Assembly: GCA_951406725.2 (NCBI GenBank)
Contig: OX597818.1
Span: 137,330,001-137,394,000 of the forward strand
Direction: 5' to 3'
Length of the DNA stretch: 64,000 nt
Origin: Octopus vulgaris
Lineage: Eukaryota
The position numbers and the translations under genes were made by a program. The notes under the pieces were generated by a model. That model made no database searches, was not told the DNA's origin, and saw only the letters and a program-made list of their open reading frames with translations. Shown piece after piece: positions 39,409 through 52,589 of this stretch. The first letter of the stretch is position 1; every line of letters begins with the position of its first letter.

Positions 39409-39914
39409 TTAAAATATAGAGTCTCCTTCGTTGGCTCAGTATTTATTGTTCTTTCACTCCAGGTGATCCCTGATTGAACAGATCTATGACTAAAGCTATT
39501 CCCAACTTTTCCTTTCTGCAGTGAACCTAAAGCGTTTGTTTCTAAACCGACGAGATGTGATTAGATGAAAATTTGGCTGATATTTCTAGCAGGTCACACA
39601 TCATGCAACTGCATTGAGGCTCACTCGCTGGCTGGCTATTTTGTCTGATGATCTACCGACTTTTCTCTCCATAACCTTTACTTAGTATGATAAAAGACAG
39701 GTTACTTTCACGGAGGATACAGAAGTTGAAGTTGAATCCTGTTCATGGCTGGTATTTTATTTTATAAGTCCCAGAATGATAGAAATCCAAGCTGACTTCG
39801 GCAGAATTTCAACTCAGAACATAAATAGCCATAACTATTCTGCTTTATTTTACTCTTTTTACATTTACTATATTTCACAGAAGAACTTAAGTATTGTAGG
39901 TGTGAGAAAATAGA

Positions 39915-40300
39915 TACTCTTTACTCTTTTACTCTTTTACTTGTTTCAGTCATTTTGACTGCGGCCATGCTGGAGCACCGCCTTTAGTCGAGCAAATCGA
40001 CCCCAGGACTTATTCTTTGTAAGCCCAGTACTTATACTATCGTTCTCTTTTGCCGAACCGCTAAGTGACGGGGACGTAAACACACCAGCATCGGTTGTCA
40101 GGTAATGCTAGGGGGACAATCACAGACACAAACACACGTATATACATATATACGACAGGCTTCTTTCAGTTTCCGTCTACCAAATCCACTCACAAGGCAT
40201 TGGTCGGCCTGGGGCTATAGCAGAAGACACTTCAGTGGGACTGAACCCGGATCCATGTGGTTGGTTAGCAAGCTACTTACCACACAGCCACTCCTGCGCC
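39915..40300 (-). mobile_element. SINE family B
   Basis: Reverse complement of 34324 with a small deletion. Confidence 0.93.
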
Positions 40301-40338
40301 TATATAGATATTGAAAATCTTGAAATATATTTTTTCTT

Positions 40339-40565
40339 GTTCTATATTTAAGAGACGAGGAATTATGTGCATTATTTACATTATTTACATTTGACGGATA
40401 TTTGTCCTCATCTTGTTTGTTGCATTAATGGACGTTTTAATAACACGCCCCAAGTTAGGATTCAAGACATCCGTATACCGCAAGCTGATCTTCACCGGAG
40501 GATATCTTGACTTCAGTTCCCACCATCCATACAGTGCATTGTTCAATGCCTAAAACATCGTGAAA
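40339..40565 (+). mobile_element. 5'-truncated Penelope/Poseidon-like element: inverted pseudo-LTR tail plus RT thumb fragment
   Basis: From 40425: LMDVLITRPKLGFKTSVYRKLIFTGGYLDFSSHHPYS then IVQCLKHR, matching PLE FLD...TSVYRKPT.TG.YL.F.S.HP. 40339-40422 is the inverted tail also found in 54272-54680. Confidence 0.85.
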
Positions 40566-40719
40566 GTGACTTATAGAGCCGAGAGCTCGAGAGTTTCTTC
40601 CATGACATGCACGAAACTTTCAGCTCTTGGTTCACTTTTGTATCCTTCTGCTGATTAAAAATAATACATACAGACAGACAGTCAGTCAGACAGAGAGACA
40701 GACAGACACACACACATTC

Positions 40720-41214
<495 letters not shown>

Positions 41215-41398
41215 TATATATTGTATATATTCTTGTATTAAATTCTATTTATTCAGCTGCTTTCAGCAAAGCTGAAATATTTTCCCTAAATTTACAAATT
41301 AGGAAACATGTTAAGCTTAACGGATAACACTTAATAAGACTGTGAGAGCAAAAGGTGCTGTGGTTAACATTCCCCACCTTATCATTTGTATGGCGTTG

Positions 41399-41969
41399 GG
41401 TGGCGAGCTGGCAGAAACGCTAGCACGCCGGGCGAAATGCTCAGCAGTATTTCGTCTGTCGCTACGTTCTGAGTTCAAATTCCGCCGAGGTCGACTTTCC
41501 CTTTCATCCTTTCGGGGTCGATTAAATAAGTACCAGTTTCGCACTGGGGTCGAAATAATCGACTTCATCCGTTTGTCCTTTCTATGTTTAGCACCTTGTG
41601 GGTAGTAAAGAAATAGGTATTTCGTCTGCCGCTACGTTCTGAGTTCAAATTCCGCCGAGGTCGACTTTCCCTTTCATCCTTTCGGTGTCGATTAAATAAG
41701 TACCAGTTTAGCACTGGGGTCGAAATAATCGACTTCATCCGTTTGTCCTTTCTATGTTTAGCCCCTTGTGGGTAGTAAAGAAATAGGTATTTCGTCTGCC
41801 GCTACGTTCTGAGTTCAAATTCCGCCGAGGTCGACTTTCCCTTTCATCCTTTCGGGGTCGATTAAATAAGTACCAGTTACACCCTGGGGTCGATGTAATC
41901 AACTTAATCCGTTTGTCTGTCCTTGTTTGTCCTCTCTGTGTTTAGCCCCTAATGGGTAGTAAAGAAATA
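41399..41969 (+). mobile_element. SINE family C tandem array: one head and three units
   Basis: Units start at 41446, 41616 and 41786; both junctions read GAAATA|GGTATTTCG. Confidence 0.92.
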
Positions 41970-42114
41970 GGATTAAGGTATGTCACTGTGAAATGTAGTC
42001 AGCAATCAGGAACCTATAGTTTATGAATGTTTAACTACATTTAGGCATTGACTTTACTTTGTGCCGATATGAATGGGATGTGGATGGCGTACATGAAGGT
42101 AAATTTCTCTGGCT

Positions 42115-42517
42115 TACTCTTTTATTTGTTTCAGTCATTTGACTGCGGCCATGCTGGAGCACCGCCTTTAATCAAGCAACTCGACCCCGGGACTTATTCT
42201 TTTGTAAGCCCAGTACTTATTCTATCGGTCTCTTTTGCCGAACCTCTAAGTAACGGGGACATAAACACACCAGCATCGGTTGTCAAGCAACGCTAGGGGG
42301 GACAAACAGACACATAAACACACACATTAATATATATGTATATATACATATATACGACGGGCTTCTTTCAGTTTCCGTCTACCAAATCCACTCACAAGGC
42401 TTTGGTCGGCCCGAGGCTATAGTAGAAGACACTTGCCCAAGGTGCCACGCAGTGGGACTGAACCCAGAACCATGTGGTTGGTAAAGAAGCTACTTACCAC
42501 ACAGCCACTCCTGCGCC
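42115..42517 (-). mobile_element. SINE family B, full length
   Basis: Reverse complement of 34324. Confidence 0.93.
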
Positions 42518-43036
42518 TGATTATAAAAAGTTGAAAATGAAGAATGCAGTGGATTTTGAAGGTGTCTAATTGACATAACTGTTAGAAGACTGGATAGACT
42601 GCCTTACTACAATCATTCCAGCTTTTTATGCTGAGTTCAAATCTCACTGAAGTCAATTTTGCCTTTCATTCTTTCAGAACCGATAGAAAATGGACAAGAC
42701 ATGTCCTGGATTGGATTCGTCTCTTACTCGTTCTTTCCGTCTGCCTGTCTATCTTTTATTTTTTGGGAAGAAATCGACTGTGGTCAGACCTGGTGAGAGA
42801 TGCTCTCCTACAGCTCTGAAAATGCTCACGACACGCCGTATGTTCCAATCGCCGCCACACGATGCCATCAAAGAGTTGAATTCCCAAAGTATGGCAGTCA
42901 ACAGTCAAGTAAGACTTTTAGATTTAATGCCATTTAATCGATGCCTCTAGAATTCTAGAATTTTAAAGGGGAAATATATAATGTCTCTTCAGCAGAAGTA
43001 ATTTCAAGTGAATCTAGTAGAATCTTAAAATCCAAA

Positions 43037-43274
43037 TTATAAAGACGGCGAGCTGGCAGAATCGTTAGCACGCCGAGCGAAATGCTTTGTGGTATTTCGT
43101 CCGTCGCTGCGTTCTGAGTTCAAATTCCGCCGAGGTCGACTTTGCTTTTCATCCTTTCGGGGTCGATAAATTAAGTACCAGTTACGCATTGGGGTCGATG
43201 TAATCGACTTAATCCCTTTGTCTGTCCTTGTTTGTCCCCTCTATGTTTAGCCCCTTGTGGGTAGTAAAGAAATA
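43037..43274 (+). mobile_element. SINE family C monomer (reference copy)
   Basis: A-box-like TGGCAGAATCG and B-box GAGTTCAAATTCC. 18-bp TSD AGAATCTTAAAATCCAAA at 43019-43036 and 43275-43292. Confidence 0.95.
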
Positions 43275-44113
43275 AGAATCTTAAAATCCAAACAAACAGT
43301 TGTACTTTAATTTAAATTTCTCAGCAGATAGAAGAGAATTTTTGTGAAATATCTTATTTACTCTATCGAGTCATTATCCACGTAGACAACATACATTATG
43401 ACAACACACTATAATAACAAGCAGAGCTTTTCCAATTAGTGTTTAATGAAAAGCGAAATTGATAAGAACATGCTGAACAATGAAGTTTGAATTTTACTTC
43501 CAGCAAATTTTTAAATCTGTAAAAGTGGGGTACTTGATATTTAAATAAACATAATTTTTTTTTTTGTAAAACATAATATTTTCCAAGCGACGTAAACAAC
43601 TATGGAATATTAAGATAAATAACAAAGATAAAAAATGCATGAATTTTACTTAAAAAATTTAAAGAAATATACATGGCGAAAAATACGTTTTTTGTCATGT
43701 TTTTACGAAAGTTATGTGTTTTAACATCGGATTTGTATTTTAAGAAATTCATTATTCAAAAACATTGATCTAGATATTTCGTTCTCTCTAAACAAGTTTA
43801 GATTCTGACAGAAATAAACGTTATAAAAAATGGCGTTCGTTTAACAACGCCAAAAGCTAAATTGAATTTAATTGACGGTGAAAAATTTTTAACAAAACTA
43901 AAATAAAATTAAAAAGGAGAAATAGCGTGAGGAAAGACGTTCACTGCCATTATCAGCATTAACAATCACCACTTTCGCCACCAACAACAACACATTCCCA
44001 GCCAAATAGTACAACCTGCGTAAAATACACGAAAATAACTATATATATAGCAACTACATCAGCAGCAGCAATAACGAAAACAACACCTACTACTACTACT
44101 ACTACTACTACTG

Positions 44114-44171
<58 letters not shown>

Positions 44172-44237
44172 CACCACTACCACCACCACCACTACTACTA
44201 CTACTACCACCACCACCACCACCACCACCACCACCTC

Positions 44238-44269
<32 letters not shown>

Positions 44270-44441
44270 CACCACCACCACCTCCGCTACTACTACTACT
44301 ACCACCACCTCCGCTACTACTACTACTACCACCACCTCCGCTACTACTTCTACTACTACTACTACTAATACCACCTCCGCTACTACTACTACTACTACCA
44401 CTACTACTACTACCACCACCACCACTACCACCACCACCACC

Positions 44442-44472
<31 letters not shown>

Positions 44473-44501
44473 TCACCACCACCACCACCACCACCACCAC
44501 C

Positions 44502-44549
<48 letters not shown>

Positions 44550-44770
44550 TCCGCTACTGCTGCTGCCGCTACCGCTACAGTCACGACTATAACAATGGAT
44601 TCTTGTAGATGCAGAAATTCTTTGTATGATAATGCGAAAGAAGTAGAAAGTTGTGAGGTTAAATGTATTTCACTGGAACTTCAGGAAGGCACGAGAGGCA
44701 GCTCCAATTGTAATGGATGGCCACACTAGGGGCGCCTTGTCAAAATAAATACGAGCACTAATAAGTAGGA

Positions 44771-44859
<89 letters not shown>

Positions 44860-44903
44860 ATACTTCTACTACTACTACTACTACAAATAATAATAATAAT
44901 AAT

Positions 44904-45484
44904 AATTCTAACTGGGCCCCACCTGCAAGGTCATGCGCTGTTTATCTTGATATGAGATTACCATGAGGCGCGCACATATGGTTGTGATGCATGTACCTGG
45001 TAGTCATGTTGGGTATACTGGGATTCGTATATTTTACCCCAGTGTCACTTTGATGGCATTGCACTGTTCTCTCACTCAATAATAATAATGATAATAATAA
45101 TAATAATAATAACGATATGTGCATCTCTGATCACGAGCAGAAGTAGTGGGGGAGCATCATAGCCATGTGTTGAGAGGTATTCTTTGGGGTTTGAATAATT
45201 CACCTCTGGAAACATGGGTGGTTCTTTCAACATCCTTAAACAACCCTTATTCAGGGACCTTTTGAGCGGGATGGGCTACTCAACCTGAAGAAAATTCTAA
45301 CTGGGCTCCACCTGCAAGGTCATGTGCTGTTTATCTTGATATGAGATCACCATGTCGCGCACATATGGTTGTGATGCATGTGCCTGGTGTACCCTTATCA
45401 GACGCGTAGTCATGATGGGTATATTGGGCTTCGTATATTTTACCCCAGTGTCACTTTGATGGCATGCACTGCTCTCTCACTCAA
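44904..45484 (+). mobile_element. Two tandem 5'-truncated retroposon 3' ends with (AAT)n tails, inserted in an (AAT)n tract
   Basis: 44904-45080 matches the last ~190 nt of 45112-45484; both end CTCTCACTC(AAT)n. Confidence 0.75.
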
Positions 45485-45919
45485 TAATAATAATAATAAT
45501 AATAATAACAATAATAATAATAATAATGATAATGATAATAATGATTTCATTTATTTGCCACAATAATAATCCTTTCTACTCCCTACTGACAATATTGCCG
45601 ATCTACTGTCCTCTGTAGTGATGACTAAAACAAGGCACGATTTCAGTTAAAAATCTAAAAAGTGCTAAGGATTCCCCACCATAGGCATGTAAGAAAATCC
45701 ACTGGTTCGGTTTGGTCAGAACATCTCAAGACACTTGGATCGGATCATTTGTCGAAATTCATTTATCAGAGAGTGGCCTTGAGCATTTCCGATGTCGGAC
45801 TTGGAAGGAGTCTCTCATATACTTCGCACAATTGTGCAATTGACTTCTGTGAATGTTGCTATGCTTCTTTCTCAGCTTTTCCATTTCTACTTGGTAGTAA
45901 ATTATTAAATGATTATTTG

Positions 45920-46289
45920 AGGTGGCGAGCTGGCAGAAGTGTTAGCTCGCCGGTCGAAATGCTTTGCGGTGTTTCGTCTGTCTTTCCGTTCTGGGTCCAA
46001 ATTCCGTCGAGGTCGACTTTGCCTTTCATCTTTTCGGTGTCGATTAAATAAGTACCAGTTACGCACTGGGGTCCATACAACCAACTTAATCCGTTTGTCT
46101 GTCCTTGTTTGTCCCCTCTGTGTGTGGCCCCTTATGGTTAGTAAAGAAATAGGTATTTAATTTATCGATCCCAAAAGGCTGAAAGGCAAAGTCGACCTCG
46201 GCGGAATTTGAACACAGAATGTAGCGATGTGCGAAATACCGCTAAGCATTTCGTCAAGTGTCCTAATCATTCTGCCAGCTCGCCACCTG
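45920..46289. mobile_element. SINE family C copy fused tail-on to an inverted partial copy
   Basis: + copy at 45920-46150; - copy at 46152-46289 starting GGTATTTAATTTATCGA. Confidence 0.85.
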
Positions 46290-46441
46290 AATAATAATCA
46301 TGATTTAAAATTTTTGGCACAACACCAGCAGTTTTAAGAGAGGGTCTAAGTCGGTCACTGATCATCTGCCCACTTTGTGATCCGGAGGTGACCACGAATT
46401 TCGCTCTGATGTGGTAACGACTCTGTCAGCTGGCCGCCTTT

Positions 46442-46482
<41 letters not shown>

Positions 46483-46508
46483 CATTTCTGAAATTGTGAG
46501 GGAGGAGG

Positions 46509-46676
46509 CAAGTCGATTACATCAATCCCAGTGCACAACTGGTACTTAATTTATCGATCCGGAAGGATGAAAGGCAAAGTCGACCCCGGCGGAATTTGAA
46601 ATCAGAACGTTAGCGACAGACGAAATACAGCTAAGCATTCGCCCGGCGTGCTAACGATTCTGTTAGATCGCCGCCT

Positions 46677-46678
<2 letters not shown>
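46509..46678 (-). mobile_element. SINE family C-related copy between (AAT)n and (TAC)n tracts
   Basis: Reverse complement of the head and central domain. Confidence 0.85.
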
Positions 46679-46729
<51 letters not shown>

Positions 46730-47502
46730 ATAATAATAATAATAATAATGATAATAATAATAATAATAATAATAATATATGGGCTCTAAAATGATTGTTT
46801 TAAAATGGAATGTTTAGTCGTTAAAATGGAATGGTATTGAGCTTTTTGTTGTTATCAGGTTCAATGTTTGTTTTATATTATTTTTACCTATTTATTTTTT
46901 TAATATTTATTTGTTGTTACATTGAGTATTATTCATATTCTGTGAATAAAATAGAAAAAAAAATTGCGACTGCTAAGATTTTTGCAAATAAATTCCAATA
47001 AATTCTGTAATCTGATATTTTAATTTTTCACCATTAGTTTTCCCCCGGTTGAAGCATACAGTTACAATTTTTAAAGAATACCTCCGGGCAAGTTGCCATC
47101 AATTTCCACTAAAGCCAATTGGTTATTCACAGTGAATTAAGCAAGAGAGAAGATACAAAACAATCAAAACAATGCAGTCAGCAATAACAAAACTCTATAA
47201 AATATGGCTGCAATTAAGAGTAGTAAAGTTGACATTCGATTTTATGTGTAATATAAAAACCGCGCACACACACACACATATAACACACGTGTACATACGT
47301 ACAAATGTGTATACACATACATGCACTTATATGCAGAGAAGGAAAGAAAGGAGAAAGGGAGAGAGAGAAAGAAAGAGTGAGAAAGATTAGAGGTAGTCGA
47401 CTGGCAAAATCATGAGAGCGTCGGACAGATGGTATGGAGTCATTGTTCTAGCTCTTGGTGTTTCGAGTTCAAATCCAGTCAAAGTCATCGCTGACTTTAT
47501 CC

Positions 47503-47575
<73 letters not shown>

Positions 47576-47591
47576 CATTATTATCATTATA

Positions 47592-47682
<91 letters not shown>

Positions 47683-47900
47683 GCGACAAAGCTAAATACG
47701 TGATAATAACAACAGCATTCGTGGCAGCAAACGATATTAACAAATAAAAAGTTATACAATAAATTCATAATCATATTACAGGGTACACGAGGCACAGTGT
47801 ACCCTCTAATATGAGGAACCGTGTAACCTCTAATAGAAAGTAGAATTTAACATACTAACGTAGAATTTAACATACTACCTCAGTTAAAAAGTTGTAAATA

Positions 47901-49151
47901 TCAGGTCATCCTATAAGTTCTGTCCGAATTTTGAATAAACAATACAAGTGATCAAATGTTATATTTAATTGAAATTTAATCATGAATGTACTTTCCCTGA
48001 TTAACTATGACTTCCTTCCATCTATTTACTAGCTTTTTAATCCCATCAATGTAAAACTGTTTTGGTTTAAAAGAGAAGAACTCTGACATGTCAACCTCCT
48101 CTTGGCTTGCGAAAGTTATGTCCCCCAAATTATTCTGTAAACTACGAAACAAATGGTAGTCTGAAGGAGCAAGGTTGGGAGAATAAAGTGGATGAGGAAT
48201 TTTTTACTAACCAGGCTCTTCGATCTTCTGTGATGTGATCTTTGCAGTGTGGGGTCGCGCGTTGTCTTGATGAAACATCGCTCCTTTCCGATTCACTAAA
48301 GCGGGTCTTTTTTTCTTCAAAGTTTGGTTCAAATGTTCTAATTGCTGAGAGTAGACTTAAGCATTGATTGTTGCATTAGGTGGTAACAATTCCCTTGCAA
48401 TCCCACCAAATAGAGAGAAGGACCGTTTTCCCATCTAGTTCTCTTCTCGGTTGTGGTTGAGCTTTTCCTTTTCCCAAGCCACTGTTTATGGCGTTAAACA
48501 TTTCGATAGAAGATCCACTTTTCGTCACCAGTCACAAGTCTATCCAAAAAGGGTGAAATGAGTTCGCGAGAATGGAGAGAAAAGTAGATGTCAACTTTTG
48601 CGGTTGCTTTCGGACAATTCATGAGGCACCCATTTTCCAAGTTTAGGAACCTTTCCAAGTTGTTGAAGATGACCATTAACAGTTTTATGGTTTGAACTAA
48701 GCTTTATTGCCAATTCTTCAACTGATAATGCAGGGTTTTCTTTAAGTAATGCCTCAAGGCACTTATCATCAAACTCAACTGGACGTCCTGTTCGATCTTC
48801 ATCTTCAAGGCTAAAATCTCAACTTCTGAACTTTGCAAACCATCTTCTTCAAGTTCTTTCATTCAAGCATTCTTTCCCATAAACTGAGTGTATGTTTCGA
48901 GTCGCTTCGGCTGCAGAGTTTCCTTTTTGTACTCATAAAGCATTATGTGCCTCAAATGCTCTTTGGATACTTCCATGTTAGAAAGGGTTTTAATCAAAGA
49001 AATTTTAATTCCATTATTCTGTAAAATAATATTTAATTACTTTAAATGTACACAGATGCATAAAAATAATTTTTAATTGCATTAGACATTCTAAAATACT
49101 ATTAAATTTCATTTAATTTTAAAATCAGACAGAACTAATGGGATGACCTGA
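47901..49151 (-). mobile_element. Full-length mariner DNA transposon with a dead transposase
   Basis: TA-flanked TIRs TCAGGTCATCC(T/C)AT(A/T)AGTTCTGTC. ATG at 48976 begins MEVSKEHLRHIMLYEY; motifs VTGDEKW, HQDNARPH and HPLYSPNLAPSDYHLF are present, with stops and frameshifts. Confidence 0.95.
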
Positions 49152-49170
49152 TATATATATATATATATAT

Positions 49171-49823
49171 ATGGACGTCAAAAATTATCCGCACTTTTGC
49201 CATAACATATCTTTATTATGGTCACATAGCATTTTGCGCATGCGTATTTATAGTTGGTACTATTGTGATTACGTGACCGAAGTTTGATCCGATCATGCCA
49301 TTTTTCTTTCTGGTTTTACAATGTAAGCATGGCCGTTCCATGTGCAAAGAGGAACAAAGGGCAGTGATCCGAGAGAAGATAATGGTGAACCGGTTCACCA
49401 TTACCATCTCTCGAGTTTGCTGAATCTTCTCGTCAGTAGTAGAGGTTGACCGGCGACCTGCTCCCTCTTCATGCATCACTCTTGTCCAGTCACTTTTGAA
49501 CGTCTTCATCCACTCATACACATTTTATGCGGTAGTACACTGTCCCCGTATTATGCTAAAAGCCTCCGATGAATTTCAGCATCTGACACATCTTCCGACA
49601 AGAGAAATCGGATCACTGCTCATTGTTCTTCTTTGATGCATATTGCTAGTGAAACGGCTATGCTTATACTGTAAAACCAGAAAGAAAAATGGCACCCACA
49701 AGCTGAAACTTCCATCACGTGACCACAATAGTGCAAACTATAAGGACGCATGCGCAGGAGGCTGTTTGACTATAATAAAGATATGTTATGGCGAAAGTGC
49801 GGATAATTTTTAACTTTCCATCG
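49171..49823. mobile_element. Fold-back mariner derivative (inverted 5' ends)
   Basis: ~200-bp inverted arms beginning AAAAATTATCCGCACTTT. The minus strand encodes KEEQ*AVIRFL..EIHRRL..YEWMKTFK..EGAGR. Palindromic centre TGGTGAAC|CG|GTTCACCA at 49391/49392. Confidence 0.85.
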
Positions 49824-49929
49824 TATATATATATATATACATGTGTGTGTGTGTGCGTGCGTGCGTGTGTCTATATACATACGTGTATACATACATGCAT
49901 ACATACAAGACATGCCTATACATGTATAT

Positions 49930-49970
<41 letters not shown>

Positions 49971-50014
49971 CATACATACATTCATACATATATACACACA
50001 TATATGCACACATA

Positions 50015-50176
50015 CGCCATGCGTGATCGTTAAATCCGCAAGTTTTTCTTTATTCTCTCTCTGAGCGTAGGCTCGAAACGTAAAAGACTTTCTCACTTTC
50101 CCAAGCGTCAAATTAATATACCTGTTTGTTGTTCATACACCTGTCTTCGTCTTTTGTTTTTCTGTAAATTTCAATT
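50015..50176 (+). mobile_element. Penelope-type pseudo-LTR fragment of the same family as 12245, hammerhead core partly deleted
   Basis: GAGCGTAGGCTCGAAACGTAAAAGAC plus the shared downstream tail. Confidence 0.65.
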
Positions 50177-50869
50177 ATATATATATATATCACTTGTTCA
50201 CATGATCGACCAGACAATCAAATGTTGTTATATATCACTGGTCACGATACACTTTGTGTCGTCTTAGCATTCGAATGGTGACATCCTGCTGGTTAGGCGA
50301 GCAGGTCAATATATATATTTTTATATTTGAAAAGGTGCATAGATAAATAGACGTTGATATTAGAACTGAAGATAAAAGAATATAGAAATAGAAAAATATG
50401 TGAGAACTAAAGAAGATATTAAAAAAGATGAATCGATGGAAATACAAATCGACACACACACACACATGAACACACACGCGCACACACACACATACACGCG
50501 CACACAAAGTAATTCAGTAACAAAGGGGGTGAGAAAGTCGCACAGAACGATAGAATGTGTGTGTATATGTGTGTGCATGCGTGCGTGTATGCGTATGTGT
50601 GTGTAATAAGAAGTGAAAGAGTAATAAGGAGGAGAGAAATAAACTATGAAAGGATGTAAATAAATTACATCCCATCATATTTTTATGAGTCATATTAAAG
50701 ATCGATAAGAGGCAATTGAGGCCCCTACTTCAGGTTTTCCTCAGAAAATATCTTAAGTCAACCAATAACTCAGTCGCTATTGGAGTTCTTTCGCTTATCT
50801 TGATGTTATTACTTCATCTCTTATTGTAGTTATCACTTAATATATCAGTTTTGTTTCCATGCTGGAATA

Positions 50870-51280
50870 CAGAGTTACTGTCTATAAATTTTATAGAGAC
50901 TGTCAATGGCTTTATATTTAATGTTACTATGGTTTTGATAAGGAATGTTTAAGGCTTTTATTGGCGTTGATTCTATGGATCTTATCGAGACTATTTCTGG
51001 CTTTTATGGGGACTGCATCTGGCTTTTATAGAGACTGTTTCTGGGTTTTACCGGGATTGTTTCTGACTTTTATAAGGACTGTTTTTTTGCTTTTATAGGG
51101 ACTGTTTTGGGCTTTCGTAGGGACTGTCAGAGGTCATGATAGAGATAATGTTGATGGGTTTTATAGGGACTGTCTCTAATACTTTTATAGGGTTTGTCTA
51201 TGGATTGTATAGCAACTATGAATATGGTTTTAATGGGGATTGTGTCAAGGGATTATATGGGGACTGTTTCTAGCAACAAA
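50870..51280. repeat. Degenerate ~21-bp minisatellite
   Basis: GGCTTTTATAGGGACTGTTTCT-like units. Confidence 0.75.
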
Positions 51281-51427
51281 GGGTTTCTGCATGTGGCTTA
51301 TACAGTGTCCATTTCCGTAGAGTTTATATATAGTCGTTGAAGCTTCTACATAGGGCAGTCAAATATTCTGCGTACCAGAGGTAGTTTTTAGGACGGTAGA
51401 ATAGAATGGATAGACGGTAGAATAGAA

Positions 51428-51658
51428 AGGTGGCGAGCTGGCAGAAACGTTAGCACGCCGGGCGAAATGCTTAGCGGTATTTCGTCTGCGTTACGTTGTG
51501 AGTTCGAATTCCGCCGAGATCGATTTTGCCTTTCATCCTTTCGGGGTCGATAAATTAAGTACCAGTTACGCACTGGGGTCGATGTAATCGACTTAATACC
51601 TATGTCTGTCCTTGTTTGTCCGCTCTGTGTTTATCCCCTTGTGGGTAAAAAAGAAATA
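51428..51658 (+). mobile_element. SINE family C monomer
   Basis: 18-bp TSD GGTAGAATAGAATGGATA at 51395-51412 and 51659-51676, plus an extra partial target copy at 51413-51427. Confidence 0.95.
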
Positions 51659-51963
51659 GGTAGAATAGAATGGATAATGTACCTCGGTATTCCCTATTCC
51701 TGAAGAGAGACGGAATGGTCATATCTGGAATGCTTTTGATCAGAACAGCAACAACAATAACAGCAGCAGCAGCAATAGCAGCAGTGAAAACAGCAGGAAG
51801 CAAAAGTAGTAATAGCACCACCATCAACAACAACAACAGCACCAGTAACATTACTGAATACGACAGTAGCATCAACGACAATTGGAGCAACAACAAAGAC
51901 AGCAACAACAATAGCAACAAGATCACCACCAGGCAAATAACAGTTTCATCAAGAGGGGAGGAG

Positions 51964-52345
51964 GGAAGCACTCCGTCGGTAACGACGACGAGGGTTCCGG
52001 TTGATCCGAATCAACGGAACAGCTTGCTCGTGAAATTAACGTGTAAGTGGCTGAGCACTCCACAGACACGTGCACCCTTAACGTAGTTCTCGGGGATATT
52101 CAGCGTGACACAGAGAGTGACAAGGCCGGCCCTTTGAAATACAGGTACAACAGAAACAGGAAGTAAGAGTGAGAGAAAGTTGTGGTGAAAGAGTACAGCA
52201 GGGATCACCACCATCCCCTGCCGGAGCCTCGTGGAGCTTTAGGTGTTTTCGCTCAATAAACACTCACAAAGCCCGGTCTGGGAATCGAAACCGCGATCCT
52301 ATGACCGCGAGTCCGCTGCCCTAACCACTGGGCCATTGCGCCTCC
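51964..52345 (-). mobile_element. SINE family A, full length
   Basis: Reverse complement of family A. Confidence 0.95.
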
Positions 52346-52589
52346 TCCATTAAGAACACCAGTAACAACAAAAACAACCAAGAGTCAATAGCAACACGAC
52401 GACGACGACGACGACCCCCCTCACCACCACTACCACTAACTACAACATGTGTAATGTGAGTCTTCGAGAATGTGGTCAAGATTGGTCGTTCTGCTCAATT
52501 CTGCTCAAGTATTTTTCAAACAAGCGTAGATGGGGAAACAGATTTTGGTAGAATTACACTTTGTGCGCGTGCTCGTATGTGTGTGGGTG

